Shown: positions 36,133 to 45,677 of the stretch, one piece after another
How the letters are laid out: every line of letters begins with the position of its first letter
How positions within the stretch are numbered: position 1 is the stretch's first letter
Assembly (NCBI GenBank): GCA_016290295.1
Contig: JAEETJ010000004.1
Location: forward strand, 10,546 to 74,545
DNA: 64,000 nt
Reading direction: 5' to 3'
DNA from: Bacteroidales bacterium
GTDB taxonomy: Bacteria; Bacteroidota; Bacteroidia; Bacteroidales; WCHB1-69
Position numbers and translations under genes: made by a program
The notes under the pieces: generated by a model
What the model saw: only the letters and a program-made list of their open reading frames with translations
The model's database searches: none
Told to the model about the DNA's origin: nothing

Positions 36133-36245
36133 CGCTTCGTCCCTACAATTGTCCACCAACGGACGCATGCAATGCGTCCCTACAGACTAATCTAGCGGAC
36201 ACATAGAGAAATGCCTGCGGCTACCGTGATACGACAGCCCTACAG
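36133..36245 (+). repeat. C module copy 4 (truncated: two hairpin+CCCTACA units); right edge of island
   Basis: cgtCCCTACAattgtccaccaacGGACGCATgcaATGCGTCCCTACAgactaatc...GGCTAccgtgatacgaCAGCCCTACAg. Confidence 0.75.
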
Positions 36246-36540
36246 AAAGTTGGTAAAAAAACTTCATGTCAGCTTGATTTTTTGATCACTTTTTTATCAA
36301 GTTTTCATTGAAATATTCAAACGGACATGTGAAATAACAGAACAAAAAATGTTCTTGTTATATAGAAGAAAAAAGTGACGAAGAAGTTATCTATTTTTTG
36401 ACTATCTTTGCACCCTCAAAATTTAGACCTAAAAATATAATAAAGTTATAATATTTCTAAACTCATAAACTCAAAATTCTAAACCCAAACTTACAAATCA
36501 CCATCATTAATTCTTGTTTTTAATTCTTAACTCCAAAAAT

Positions 36541-37734
36541 ATGACCAAACAAAAAGAACCCATCTGGCTGAAAATAGTCCGTATTGCGCTGGCCTGCGTA
36601 TTTCTTTACTCCGGCTTCACCAAAGCCATCGACCCCGTAGCCACGGGCATCACCTTCGACGAATACTTCACCTCCTTCGGCATGAGTTTCATGCACCCGC
36701 TGTCGATGTTCTTCGCCTTCTGCATGACCGCCGCCGAATTCACCCTAGGCTTCATGATGCTCTTCCGTATCAAAATCCGCTTCACCGCATGGTGCTACCT
36801 GCTCTTCATGGTCTTCTTCTTCTTCCTGACCTTATGGCTCGCCATCGCCGAACACCTGGAAGTGAACTACGGCTACAACTTCGGTGTGGTGCGTGACTGC
36901 GGCTGCTTCGGACAGGCTGTACACCTCAGCAATAAAGAGACCTTCCTGAAGAATGTGGTCATCATGATCCCCACCCTGATTGTGTTCTTCAAACGCAAAA
37001 GCATCCCCGACATCCGCCTGACGGAACTGGGACAGTGGTGCTTCGCCGCCATCGGTGCCATGCTCGTATTCGGCTTACAAGCCTACTGCTTCCGCCACCT
37101 GCCTATCATCGACTATAGCAACTGGAAAGTAGGCGAAGATGTGGCCCAGAACTTCATTGACAAACCCGCTGTGCAAGATATCGCATTTATCTATCGGAAC
37201 ACCGCAGATGGCAACCTCGTCACCCTGTCGGAGGATGAACTGATGACCATCGGCGATGAACAGCCTGACTTTTACGATACCTACGAGTATGTGGACCGCA
37301 AAGACAGCATTATCAGTGAATTTGAAAGAGCTCCTCATGAAGGTTTCAATATGCTGGATTCCACTGGTTCGGATATGGCCATGGAAATCTTCCTCAGCGA
37401 AGAACCCGCCTATATCTTCTTCATGCATAATCTGGATGAAACTAATATAAAGGGTATTCAGAGTGAAGAATTTAAGCACATCGTGAACCAATGTCTTGAA
37501 AACGGCATTACTGTGGTGGGTGTTTCCAACTCTGACGAGGAGACCATCCGGAATTTCCGCCAGAACAATAACATTCCTTTCCCCATCTATGAAAATCACA
37601 TCGACCCCATTAAAGGTCCCTTCATGGTGCGTGATGCCGTCCGCTCAAACCCCGGCCTTATCATCATCCAAGGCGGCGTTGTGAAAGGGAAGTATAATTG
37701 GAGAGACTTTGGGAAGGTGAAAACTGATAATTAG
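36541..37734 (+). CDS. DoxX/MauE-family membrane protein with C-terminal thioredoxin-like domain
   Basis: The ORF is trimmed to the ATG at 36541. The N-terminal half has 4 TM helices (IALACVFLYSGFTKAIDP...). The C-terminal soluble domain has the redoxin-like layout PAYIFFMHNLDE...GITVVGVSNSDEE. A TATCTTTG box lies ~130 nt upstream. Confidence 0.6.
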   Translation: MTKQKEPIWLKIVRIALACVFLYSGFTKAIDPVATGITFDEYFTSFGMSFMHPLSMFFAFCMTAAEFTLGFMMLFRIKIRFTAWCYLLFMVFFFFLTLWLAIAEHLEVNYGYNFGVVRDCGCFGQAVHLSNKETFLKNVVIMIPTLIVFFKRKSIPDIRLTELGQWCFAAIGAMLVFGLQAYCFRHLPIIDYSNWKVGEDVAQNFIDKPAVQDIAFIYRNTADGNLVTLSEDELMTIGDEQPDFYDTYEYVDRKDSIISEFERAPHEGFNMLDSTGSDMAMEIFLSEEPAYIFFMHNLDETNIKGIQSEEFKHIVNQCLENGITVVGVSNSDEETIRNFRQNNNIPFPIYENHIDPIKGPFMVRDAVRSNPGLIIIQGGVVKGKYNWRDFGKVKTDN

Positions 37735-37790
37735 CAAATTAGTTAATTAGCAAATGTGCAAATTAAATTAAGAATTAAGAACTTTTCATC

Positions 37791-39917
37791 ATGAAAAAAC
37801 TCGGAACCATAACCTTACTAGCTTGTTTAGCGCTTATGTTTACCCATTGCAGTAACAAAAATGCCCCTATCCAGTATCCGGAAGCCGCTATGGGCAGCGA
37901 CACAGATGTTTATTTCGGTGTAAAAGTAGCCGACCCCTATCGTTGGCTGGAGAACGATACCGCCCCGGAAGTGGAGGCATGGGTACAGCAGCAGAATGAA
38001 ATCACCCAGAACTACTTGCAGAAGATTCCTTTCCGCGAGGACCTCAACAAGCGGTTGACAGCGATTTCCAACTATGAAAAGATTGGAGCACCTTTCAAAA
38101 AACACGGCAAATACTATTTCTACCGCAACGACGGCCTGCAAAACCAAAGTGTTTTGTATGTCAAGGAGAGCTTGGACGGTGAAGCCGAAGTGTTACTGGA
38201 CCCCAACACACTGTCAGACGATGGCACCGTGGCCCTCAACGGCATCAGCTTCTCACACGACGGCAAGTATCTGGCCTATACCATCTCCCGCAGCGGCAGC
38301 GACTGGGTTGAAATCTATGTGCTGGACTTAGCTACCCGCCAGCTGACTAACGACCACATCGAATGGGCCAAGTTCACCAGTGCGGCATGGCACGGCGATG
38401 GCTTCTACTACAGCTGCTACGACCGCCCCGAAGCTGGCAAGGAATACTCCAATATGAACGAAAACCACAAGATTTTCTATCATAAAATGGGTACTGCACA
38501 AGAAGAGGATGTGCTGATTTATGAGAACCCGAAATATCCACAGCGCTTCTATACCGCAAGCACCGACGAGGACGAAACGGTAATGTTTATTTCCGAAGAC
38601 GGTTTTGGTGCAGGCAATAATCTGATGATGAAAGATTTACGCAGACCCAACGCTCCCGTAGTCGCCATCACCACCGATGCCGATTTCATCTACTCACCTA
38701 TTGAGGTCATGGGCAACAATATTTACGTTTATACCAACTACAAAGCTCCGAAATACCGTCTGATGAAGGCCAACATCGACAATCCGAGAATCGAGAACTG
38801 GACAGAAGTGATTCCGGAAAGAGAATATGCGATGAGCTCAGCAGAGATTATCGATGGTAAATTCGTACTCTGCTACAACCAAGACTGCTCCGAGCACGCC
38901 TACGTCTATACTTTGGAGGGCCAAAAAATGCACGAGGTGGAACTGCCTACCTTAGGAACAGTTTGGTTCAGCGGTGATAAAAAAGACAAAGAGGTCTTCT
39001 ACGGATTCTCTTCCTTCACCTTCCCCTCCACCATCTACAAATATGACATTGACAACAATAAATCAGAGTTATACATGGCTCCCAAGGTGGACTTCAAGAG
39101 TGATGACTACCTGACCGAGCAGATTTTCTTCACCAGCAAAGACGGCACCAAGGTTCCCATGTTCATCACCTACAAACGCGGTTTGAACCTGAGGGGCAAC
39201 AACCCCGTATTGCTCTATGGCTACGGCGGTTTCAACATCAGCCTGAACCCCTCTTTCTCCACCATGCGTATTCCGTTCTTGGAGAATGGCGGCATCTATG
39301 CCCAAGTCAACCTCCGTGGTGGCAGCGAATACGGCGAGGAATGGCATCAAGCCGGCACCAAGATGAACAAGCAGAATGTTTTTGACGACTTCATCGCTGC
39401 CGCCGAATACCTCATCAGCGAGAACTACACCAATCCGCAGAAAGTGGCCATCATGGGCGGCTCTAACGGTGGTCTGCTGGTAGGTGCTTGTGTCAACCAG
39501 CGTCCCGACCTGTACCGTGTAGCCATCCCGCAAGTGGGTGTGATGGACATGCTACGCTACCACCTCTTCACCATCGGCTGGAACTGGGCTCCCGACTACG
39601 GCACCAGTGCCGACAGCAAAGAGATGTTTGAGTACCTGTACAACTACTCACCGCTGCACAACATCAAGAACGACGGCACCCCCTACCCTGCCATCTTGGT
39701 GACTACTGCCGACCATGACGACCGTGTGGTACCCGCCCACTCGTTCAAATACACCGCCGCTTTGCAGGCTGCCAACACTGGCAATGCCCCGAAGCTCATC
39801 CGTATTGAGACCAAGGCCGGTCACGGTGGCGGCATGCCCCTCAGCAAGGTGATTGAGGAATATACCGACATCTATGCTTTCATCATGTATAACCTCGGCA
39901 TGAAACCCAAATTCTAA
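37791..39917 (+). CDS. prolyl oligopeptidase (S9A family serine peptidase)
   Basis: 708-aa ORF. It has the N-terminal DPYRWLEND motif, a beta-propeller region, the catalytic GGSNGGLL nucleophile elbow, and the C-terminal DDRV / GHG pattern. Confidence 0.9.
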   Translation: MKKLGTITLLACLALMFTHCSNKNAPIQYPEAAMGSDTDVYFGVKVADPYRWLENDTAPEVEAWVQQQNEITQNYLQKIPFREDLNKRLTAISNYEKIGAPFKKHGKYYFYRNDGLQNQSVLYVKESLDGEAEVLLDPNTLSDDGTVALNGISFSHDGKYLAYTISRSGSDWVEIYVLDLATRQLTNDHIEWAKFTSAAWHGDGFYYSCYDRPEAGKEYSNMNENHKIFYHKMGTAQEEDVLIYENPKYPQRFYTASTDEDETVMFISEDGFGAGNNLMMKDLRRPNAPVVAITTDADFIYSPIEVMGNNIYVYTNYKAPKYRLMKANIDNPRIENWTEVIPEREYAMSSAEIIDGKFVLCYNQDCSEHAYVYTLEGQKMHEVELPTLGTVWFSGDKKDKEVFYGFSSFTFPSTIYKYDIDNNKSELYMAPKVDFKSDDYLTEQIFFTSKDGTKVPMFITYKRGLNLRGNNPVLLYGYGGFNISLNPSFSTMRIPFLENGGIYAQVNLRGGSEYGEEWHQAGTKMNKQNVFDDFIAAAEYLISENYTNPQKVAIMGGSNGGLLVGACVNQRPDLYRVAIPQVGVMDMLRYHLFTIGWNWAPDYGTSADSKEMFEYLYNYSPLHNIKNDGTPYPAILVTTADHDDRVVPAHSFKYTAALQAANTGNAPKLIRIETKAGHGGGMPLSKVIEEYTDIYAFIMYNLGMKPKF

Positions 39918-39925
39918 ACAAAGAG

Positions 39926-40486
39926 ATGACCCAAGTGCTGCTTCATTCTTGTTGTGCTCCATGCTCATCCGCTATCTTGGAGTGGATGCTCAACCATGAC
40001 TATCAGCCGGTCATCTATTATTATAATCCCAATATTTTTCCTGCGGAAGAATATGAGATCCGAAAAAAAGAATGCAGCCGCTATGCACTGAAATTAGGAG
40101 TAAGCATGATTGACGGAGACTACGAACACCAGCAATGGTGCGACATGGTAAGAGGAATGGAAGACGAAGCGGAAAGAGGACCGAGATGCCTGCAATGCTT
40201 CAAGATGCGCTTACTCAAGGCCGCAGAAAAAGCCAAAGAACTGAATATCAGTTTATTCACCACCACTTTGGCTTCTTCAAGATGGAAAGACCTGCATCAG
40301 ATTAACGAGGCAGGTTGCTGGGCCGCCCAACAGGTGGAAGGCACCCAATTCTGGGACAAAAACTGGCGTAAGGACGGCTTGCAGGAACGCAGAAACCAGC
40401 TGCTGAAAGAAAATAATTTCTACAATCAACAATATTGCGGCTGTGAATTCAGTTTAAAAGCGACAGCAGCAAAAATGCAAAAATAA
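39926..40486 (+). CDS. queH: epoxyqueuosine reductase QueH (DUF208)
   Basis: 186-aa ORF with LLHSCCAPCSS at the N-terminus and YCGCEFS near the C-terminus, the typical QueH Cys pattern. Confidence 0.8.
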   Translation: MTQVLLHSCCAPCSSAILEWMLNHDYQPVIYYYNPNIFPAEEYEIRKKECSRYALKLGVSMIDGDYEHQQWCDMVRGMEDEAERGPRCLQCFKMRLLKAAEKAKELNISLFTTTLASSRWKDLHQINEAGCWAAQQVEGTQFWDKNWRKDGLQERRNQLLKENNFYNQQYCGCEFSLKATAAKMQK

Positions 40487-40493
40487 AAACGAA

Positions 40494-41225
40494 ATGCCGC
40501 AAAGAAAAAATATATACAGAAAATTACTAATCCTGCTCTTGCTGGTGACCTTCAGCACAGCCGCCTTCCCGCAGAAAGGAGGCTTCGGCGTTCCCAACCT
40601 GCAGAAATACGACAAGAAAATCTTCCACTTCGGATTCAGCATCGGCTATAATCTCTTCGATTTCAACCTAAAAAACAATGCCTATTACCCGATGAGCGAC
40701 TCCCTGCTGGTCATCAACACCAAGGCCGTCAGCGGTTTCAGCTTGGGCATTGTCACCGATTTGCGAATTTGGAAGTATTTCGACTTGCGTTTCATCCCCG
40801 GACTATCCTTTGGTGAGCGTGTCCTTAACTACGAATTCGCCAACCGCGTAAGAGAAAACGACAAACAACGGCGTGTCGAATCCGTTTACCTGGATTTGCC
40901 CCTGCTGTTCAAAATCAAATCCTCCCGAATGCATAATGTCCGCATTTATGTCATCGGTGGTTTGCAATATAGTCTAGACTTGATTTCCAACCAGAAAAAA
41001 CAGTCCAAGCGTCCCAACGAGATGTTAGTCAAGCTCAACAAGAACGATTTGCAGGGACAAGTGGGCTTCGGCCTGGACTTTTACTGCACTTACTTCAAAC
41101 TTACCACTGAGGTCAAAATGGGCTTCGGCATGCTAAACCTGTTAGTACCCGAAAACCATATTTATACCAGCAATATCACATCTGTAAAATCAAAAACATT
41201 ACAAGTATCTATAATATTTGAATAA
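40494..41225 (+). CDS. PorT/SprT-like outer-membrane beta-barrel protein
   Basis: 243-aa ORF with a signal peptide. FHFGFSIGYN.. and repeated amphipathic strands end in QVSIIFE. The size and pattern resemble the T9SS PorT family; tentative. Confidence 0.5.
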   Translation: MPQRKNIYRKLLILLLLVTFSTAAFPQKGGFGVPNLQKYDKKIFHFGFSIGYNLFDFNLKNNAYYPMSDSLLVINTKAVSGFSLGIVTDLRIWKYFDLRFIPGLSFGERVLNYEFANRVRENDKQRRVESVYLDLPLLFKIKSSRMHNVRIYVIGGLQYSLDLISNQKKQSKRPNEMLVKLNKNDLQGQVGFGLDFYCTYFKLTTEVKMGFGMLNLLVPENHIYTSNITSVKSKTLQVSIIFE

Positions 41226-41227
41226 TC

Positions 41228-42733
41228 ATGGCAAACAACGAAGAACTTTTTAAACAAATCATTTCCCACGCGAAAGAATACGGATTCATTTTCCCATCCA
41301 GTGAAATATACGACGGTCTCAGCGCCGTTTACGACTATGGCGAATATGGTGTAGAACTGAAAAACAACATCAAACAATACTGGTGGAAAGCTATGGTGCA
41401 GTATCACGAGAACATTGTCGGTATCGACAGTGCCATCTTCATGCACCCCACCATCTGGAAGGCTTCCGGCCACGTGGATGCTTTCAACGACCCGCTCATC
41501 GACAACAAGGACTCCAAAAAGAGATACCGTGCCGATGTGCTGATTGAAGACCACATCCAGAAAATCGAGGATAAAATCAACAAAGAAGTTGAAAAAGCCA
41601 AGAAACGCTTCGAGAACTTCGACGAAGACCTGTACCGTAAAACCAACCAGCGTGTAGTGGAATATCAGCAGAAAATCGACGATATCACAGCCCGTTATGC
41701 CGACTTGATGAATAGAACCGACTTAGCCGGCTTGAAGGCGCTGATTGAGGAATTAGGCATTGTCTGCCCGATTTCCGGTACCAAGAACTGGACCGACGTG
41801 CGCCAGTTTAACCTGATGTTCGCCACCCAGATGGGCTCTGTGGCTGAGGGTGCCGACACCATCTACCTGCGTCCCGAGACCGCCCAGGGTATCTTCGTCA
41901 ACTTCCTGAATGTCTATAAGACAGGAAGAATGAAGATTCCGTTTGGCATCGCCCAGATTGGCAAGGCCTTCCGTAACGAGATTGTCGCCCGCCAGTTTAT
42001 CTTCAGAATGAGAGAGTTTGAGCAGATGGAAATGCAGTTCTTCGTTCGCCCAGGTGAAGAGCTCAAATGGTTCGACTACTGGAAACAGACTCGTATCAAA
42101 TGGCATCAGGATTTGGGCATCGCTCCCGAAAACTACCGCTTCCACGACCACGAAAAGCTGGCACATTACGCCAATGCCGCTACCGACATCGAATTCAAGT
42201 TCCCCTTCGGCTTCAAGGAATTGGAAGGTATTCACTCACGTACCGACTTCGACCTTAGCCAGCACGAGAAATATTCCGGCAAGAAACTCCGTTTCTTCGA
42301 CCCCGAGACCAATGAAAGCTATGTACCCTACGTCATCGAGACCTCTATTGGTGTGGACCGTATGTTCTTAGCTGTTTTCAGCCATGCTTACACCGAAGAG
42401 AAGCTGGAAGACGGCTCCACCCGCGTGGTGCTGCGTCTGCCAGCCAAATTGGCTCCTATCAAGGCTGCTGTATTACCTTTGGTGAAGAAAGACGGTCTGC
42501 CCGAAAAAGCCCGCGAGGTCATGGATATGCTGAAGCCTTACATGATGTGCCAGTACGACGAGAAAGACGCCATTGGCCGCCGCTACCGCCGTCAGGACGC
42601 TATCGGTACACCTTATTGCATCACCATCGATAACCAGACGATGGAAGACAATACCGTTACCATCCGTGAGCGCGACAGCATGGAGCAGAAACGCGTGCCC
42701 ATCAAAGAACTGCTTTCCGACATCAAATTCTAA
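41228..42733 (+). CDS. glyQS: glycine--tRNA ligase (homodimeric class II)
   Basis: 501-aa ORF: FIFPSSEIYDGLSAVYDYGEYGVELKNNI, LRPETAQGIF, FRNEI.AR.FIFRMREFEQME. Confidence 0.9.
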   Translation: MANNEELFKQIISHAKEYGFIFPSSEIYDGLSAVYDYGEYGVELKNNIKQYWWKAMVQYHENIVGIDSAIFMHPTIWKASGHVDAFNDPLIDNKDSKKRYRADVLIEDHIQKIEDKINKEVEKAKKRFENFDEDLYRKTNQRVVEYQQKIDDITARYADLMNRTDLAGLKALIEELGIVCPISGTKNWTDVRQFNLMFATQMGSVAEGADTIYLRPETAQGIFVNFLNVYKTGRMKIPFGIAQIGKAFRNEIVARQFIFRMREFEQMEMQFFVRPGEELKWFDYWKQTRIKWHQDLGIAPENYRFHDHEKLAHYANAATDIEFKFPFGFKELEGIHSRTDFDLSQHEKYSGKKLRFFDPETNESYVPYVIETSIGVDRMFLAVFSHAYTEEKLEDGSTRVVLRLPAKLAPIKAAVLPLVKKDGLPEKAREVMDMLKPYMMCQYDEKDAIGRRYRRQDAIGTPYCITIDNQTMEDNTVTIRERDSMEQKRVPIKELLSDIKF

Positions 42734-42747
42734 AGCATTTTGCTCTC

Positions 42748-43974
42748 ATGCCGCAACCTATACTGCTGTTAAAAAACGGCATTCGACTCATACATAAAGA
42801 GATAAATTCGCCAATATCCCATTTCGGCATATTGGTGAATGCTGGTACACGCGACGAAGATCCTGACAAGATGGGCATCGCACATTTTGTGGAGCATACC
42901 ATCTTCAAAGGCACCCAAAAGCGTAGTGCCCATCAGGTTATCCGACGCATGGAGGATGTGGGCGGCGACCTGAATGCCAGCACTTCCAAAGAGGAAACCT
43001 ATTTCCACGCCTCTTTCCTCTCACCCGACTATCCACGGGCGGTGGAATTGCTGGCTGATATCTTCAGCCACTCCACCTTTCCCGAGCAAGAGCTTGAGAA
43101 AGAGAAGGATGTAGTCATTGAGGAAATCAACTACTATAAAGACACCCCCGCCGAACTGATCGTGGATGATTTCGAGACCTTGGTGTTCCAAAATCATCCT
43201 ATGGGGCGCAATATTTTAGGCACACGCAAGGATGTGAAACATTTCAAGCGTGAGGACATCCTGAATTTCATCCGCAAGAATTATGCGCAAAACAACCTTG
43301 TCTTAGCCTCTGTAGGAAACATCTCCACGAAGAAACTGCTCCAGCTCTGCGAACGCTATTTCGCTGATGTACAACTCGTTGACACCCCCACTTCCAGAAC
43401 CGCCTTCAACAACTATCAGGCTCAACATCAAAGGGTTAACAAGCATAGCAACCAATCCCACATCATGATGGGTAACCTCGCGTACGCCATCACCCGTGAT
43501 GAACGAACCGCATTCCAACTGCTCACCAATATTTTAGGTGGTCCGGGCATGAACACCCGACTGAACATGGCCATCCGCGAAAGCAAGGGATTGGCCTACG
43601 GGGTGGAAGCCGTGTATTCCCCTTTCTCAGACACAGGTCTATTCACCATATATATCGGGTGTGAGCATGATACCATTGATCAATGTATCGATTTAAGTTA
43701 TAAAGAACTTAAAAAAATGTGTCAAAACAAGTTGGGAACCATGCAGCTGCACTATGCCAAGAAACAATTCCTGGGACAGCTTGCCATTGCCAACGAAGCC
43801 AAGCTCAACGAAATGATAGCCTTAGGCCGTACTGCCCTCTTTTTCGAGGAGGTGGAAAGCACCGAGGAATCTATTGAAAAGCTGAATGCGGTCACTGCGG
43901 AGGAGCTGCTTCATGCCGCCAATGAAATACTCATTCCCGATCAAATGTCCACATTAATATACGGAAAACCATGA
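42748..43974 (+). CDS. M16 family (pitrilysin/insulinase-like) zinc peptidase
   Basis: 408-aa ORF with the inverted zinc motif HFVEH (HxxEH) followed by a downstream Glu region. Confidence 0.8.
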   Translation: MPQPILLLKNGIRLIHKEINSPISHFGILVNAGTRDEDPDKMGIAHFVEHTIFKGTQKRSAHQVIRRMEDVGGDLNASTSKEETYFHASFLSPDYPRAVELLADIFSHSTFPEQELEKEKDVVIEEINYYKDTPAELIVDDFETLVFQNHPMGRNILGTRKDVKHFKREDILNFIRKNYAQNNLVLASVGNISTKKLLQLCERYFADVQLVDTPTSRTAFNNYQAQHQRVNKHSNQSHIMMGNLAYAITRDERTAFQLLTNILGGPGMNTRLNMAIRESKGLAYGVEAVYSPFSDTGLFTIYIGCEHDTIDQCIDLSYKELKKMCQNKLGTMQLHYAKKQFLGQLAIANEAKLNEMIALGRTALFFEEVESTEESIEKLNAVTAEELLHAANEILIPDQMSTLIYGKP

Positions 43975-45077
43975 GAACCATCAGAGATATTTTCATAGCC
44001 TGCACCCTGCTGTTCCTCGTTGGAGCCTGCCATCACCAGCAAAGCACAGAGGATAGCATAATCATTGACGAGGAGTCCATCACGGCCTTTGCCATGCAAA
44101 TCGAGCAAAGCGTTGTAAATGGTAACCCCAAGGTATATAATGATGCATTCGACAAGGATTACCTCAAGTCTATCATTCGGGATAACTCCATTGTCAACAG
44201 CAGTTTAGATGCCGATTTCGGGCAGGAATACTTTGAAAGCAACTTCCATCTCGGGGATGAGGCTGTACAGGTGGTGGACAATGGGGGTGACTTTAGATTT
44301 GTACGCTATTATTTAAATGTCGAAGACAGCACACATCACATTGTCTTTCGCAGCTACAATGATTTCACGCTTAATTTTTTCGACTATATAATTGATACAG
44401 CTAAAGGCCAACTGGCCATTAAAGACGGTTTCATTTACAATACTGGCAGTCATTTTTCGGATATCATACGCGAGAATGTTTTGCTAAACGTTTTGTATAA
44501 AACTAATCCTGAAGGCATTACATCTACACTCAGCACCATCAAAGAGCTTGGAGGCTCAGGCAAGCACAAGGAGGCCTTGCAACAGTTGCGTCAACATGAA
44601 ATGGAACTCCGTGACTTGTCGTACTACTGGCAACTGTATATCATCAACCTGTACCAAACCTGTCCGAAAGAGCACTACATTGACTCACTCAAGCAACTGG
44701 AAACAAAGGGATTAGATCCACGTATGAGTTTATTGCACCAGATGCTGTTTTACCTCAACGAAGGAATGGCAGAAGCCAATGACAGCACCATTAACCAGTT
44801 GATAGAATATGCGGGAGATGATCCTATTTTCCTCTTGATTTTCGGCAAGACCAATTATTACGCCAAGAGCTATGAAACTGCTTTAGGCTGTTACGAAACG
44901 GCCGAGCAATATTTGCCACCTTTGTGGGATTTATGGTTTGGGAAATTGGAGTGTTATTATGCGATGAACGACCAGGAACATTTCGACCAATGTTTGGAGA
45001 CAGCCAAGAAGAATTACGGTATGACTGATGAAGAGCTTTCCGAGTTGAAGAAAAAGCATTTTTTCAAACAAAAATAG
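43971..45077 (+). CDS. hypothetical lipoprotein (helical repeat-like C-terminus)
   Basis: 368-aa ORF with signal/lipobox LLFLVGAC. Its start overlaps the M16 stop (ATGA). No domain recognised. Confidence 0.55.
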   Translation: MRTIRDIFIACTLLFLVGACHHQQSTEDSIIIDEESITAFAMQIEQSVVNGNPKVYNDAFDKDYLKSIIRDNSIVNSSLDADFGQEYFESNFHLGDEAVQVVDNGGDFRFVRYYLNVEDSTHHIVFRSYNDFTLNFFDYIIDTAKGQLAIKDGFIYNTGSHFSDIIRENVLLNVLYKTNPEGITSTLSTIKELGGSGKHKEALQQLRQHEMELRDLSYYWQLYIINLYQTCPKEHYIDSLKQLETKGLDPRMSLLHQMLFYLNEGMAEANDSTINQLIEYAGDDPIFLLIFGKTNYYAKSYETALGCYETAEQYLPPLWDLWFGKLECYYAMNDQEHFDQCLETAKKNYGMTDEELSELKKKHFFKQK

Positions 45078-45298
45078 CCAAACAGATTACCTTTATCTTG
45101 CCCACGAAGCAGGATATCGCAGTAGCATACTCTTAAATTTGACATCAAATAAAAACACAAATAACTATATATCAACAAGATACATTCAATAAAATCATTT
45201 CAACAAAATTTTATCGTACCTGTTGCTTATATTATAATTTTTTGTATTTTTGCAACCCGATTTTGAAAGTACAAAAAAACAACAAAGAAAGATAAGAA

Positions 45299-45550
45299 AT
45301 GGCAAATCACAAGTCAGCATTAAAAAGAATCAGAGCTAACAACAGAAAAAGATTGGAAAACAGATATTACGCTAAGACCATGCGTAATTCTCTCAGAGAC
45401 ATAAGATTAGTTTCAGACAAAGCTGAAGCACAGAAGAGACTGCCTTTAGTGGTTTCTTTGATTGACAAATTGGCAAAGAAAGGCATTATTCACAAGAACA
45501 AAGCTGCCAACTTGAAATCTGGTTTAATGAAAAAGGTGAACCAATTATAA
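45299..45550 (+). CDS. rpsT: 30S ribosomal protein S20
   Basis: 83-aa ORF, MANHKSALKRIRANNRKRLENR... A TATTTTTG -7 box lies at 45245-45252. Confidence 0.9.
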   Translation: MANHKSALKRIRANNRKRLENRYYAKTMRNSLRDIRLVSDKAEAQKRLPLVVSLIDKLAKKGIIHKNKAANLKSGLMKKVNQL

Positions 45551-45583
45551 GGGTTGATTGGTTTTTTTTCATATTTTTGTGTT

Positions 45584-45619
45584 GCGCTATATATGGGCTA
45601 TCCTGTATATAGCGTTTTT
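45584..45619 (+). terminator. rho-independent terminator of rpsT
   Basis: 9-bp stem CGCTATATA/TATATAGCG followed by TTTTT. Confidence 0.7.
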
Positions 45620-45677
45620 GCTTTTAAAAATTATTTTGTATTTTTGCATTTTCAACATTAACCAAAATTGAATCGAC

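Noticed and set aside
33378-36245. The idea that the spaced hairpin+CCCTACA units, or the 7-8-nt tandem arrays, form a CRISPR array.
   Set aside because: The unit spacing is irregular (about 40-57 nt) and the intervening sequences are themselves repeated between modules. The 7-8-nt arrays have no spacers at all. No cas genes are present in the window.
21543-36250. A classical integron (or CALIN) interpretation of the cassette array.
   Set aside because: No IntI-like tyrosine recombinase is present, and the cassettes carry their own promoters. I found only isolated chance matches to RYYYAAC/GTTRRRY (for example GTTCAAC at 22447), with no paired R''/R' arrangement around a palindrome.
21543-36250. 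A prophage, ICE or IME interpretation of the island.
   Set aside because: There are no integrase, excisionase, relaxase, T4SS, capsid or terminase genes. I could find no flanking direct repeats, and there is no tRNA at either edge.
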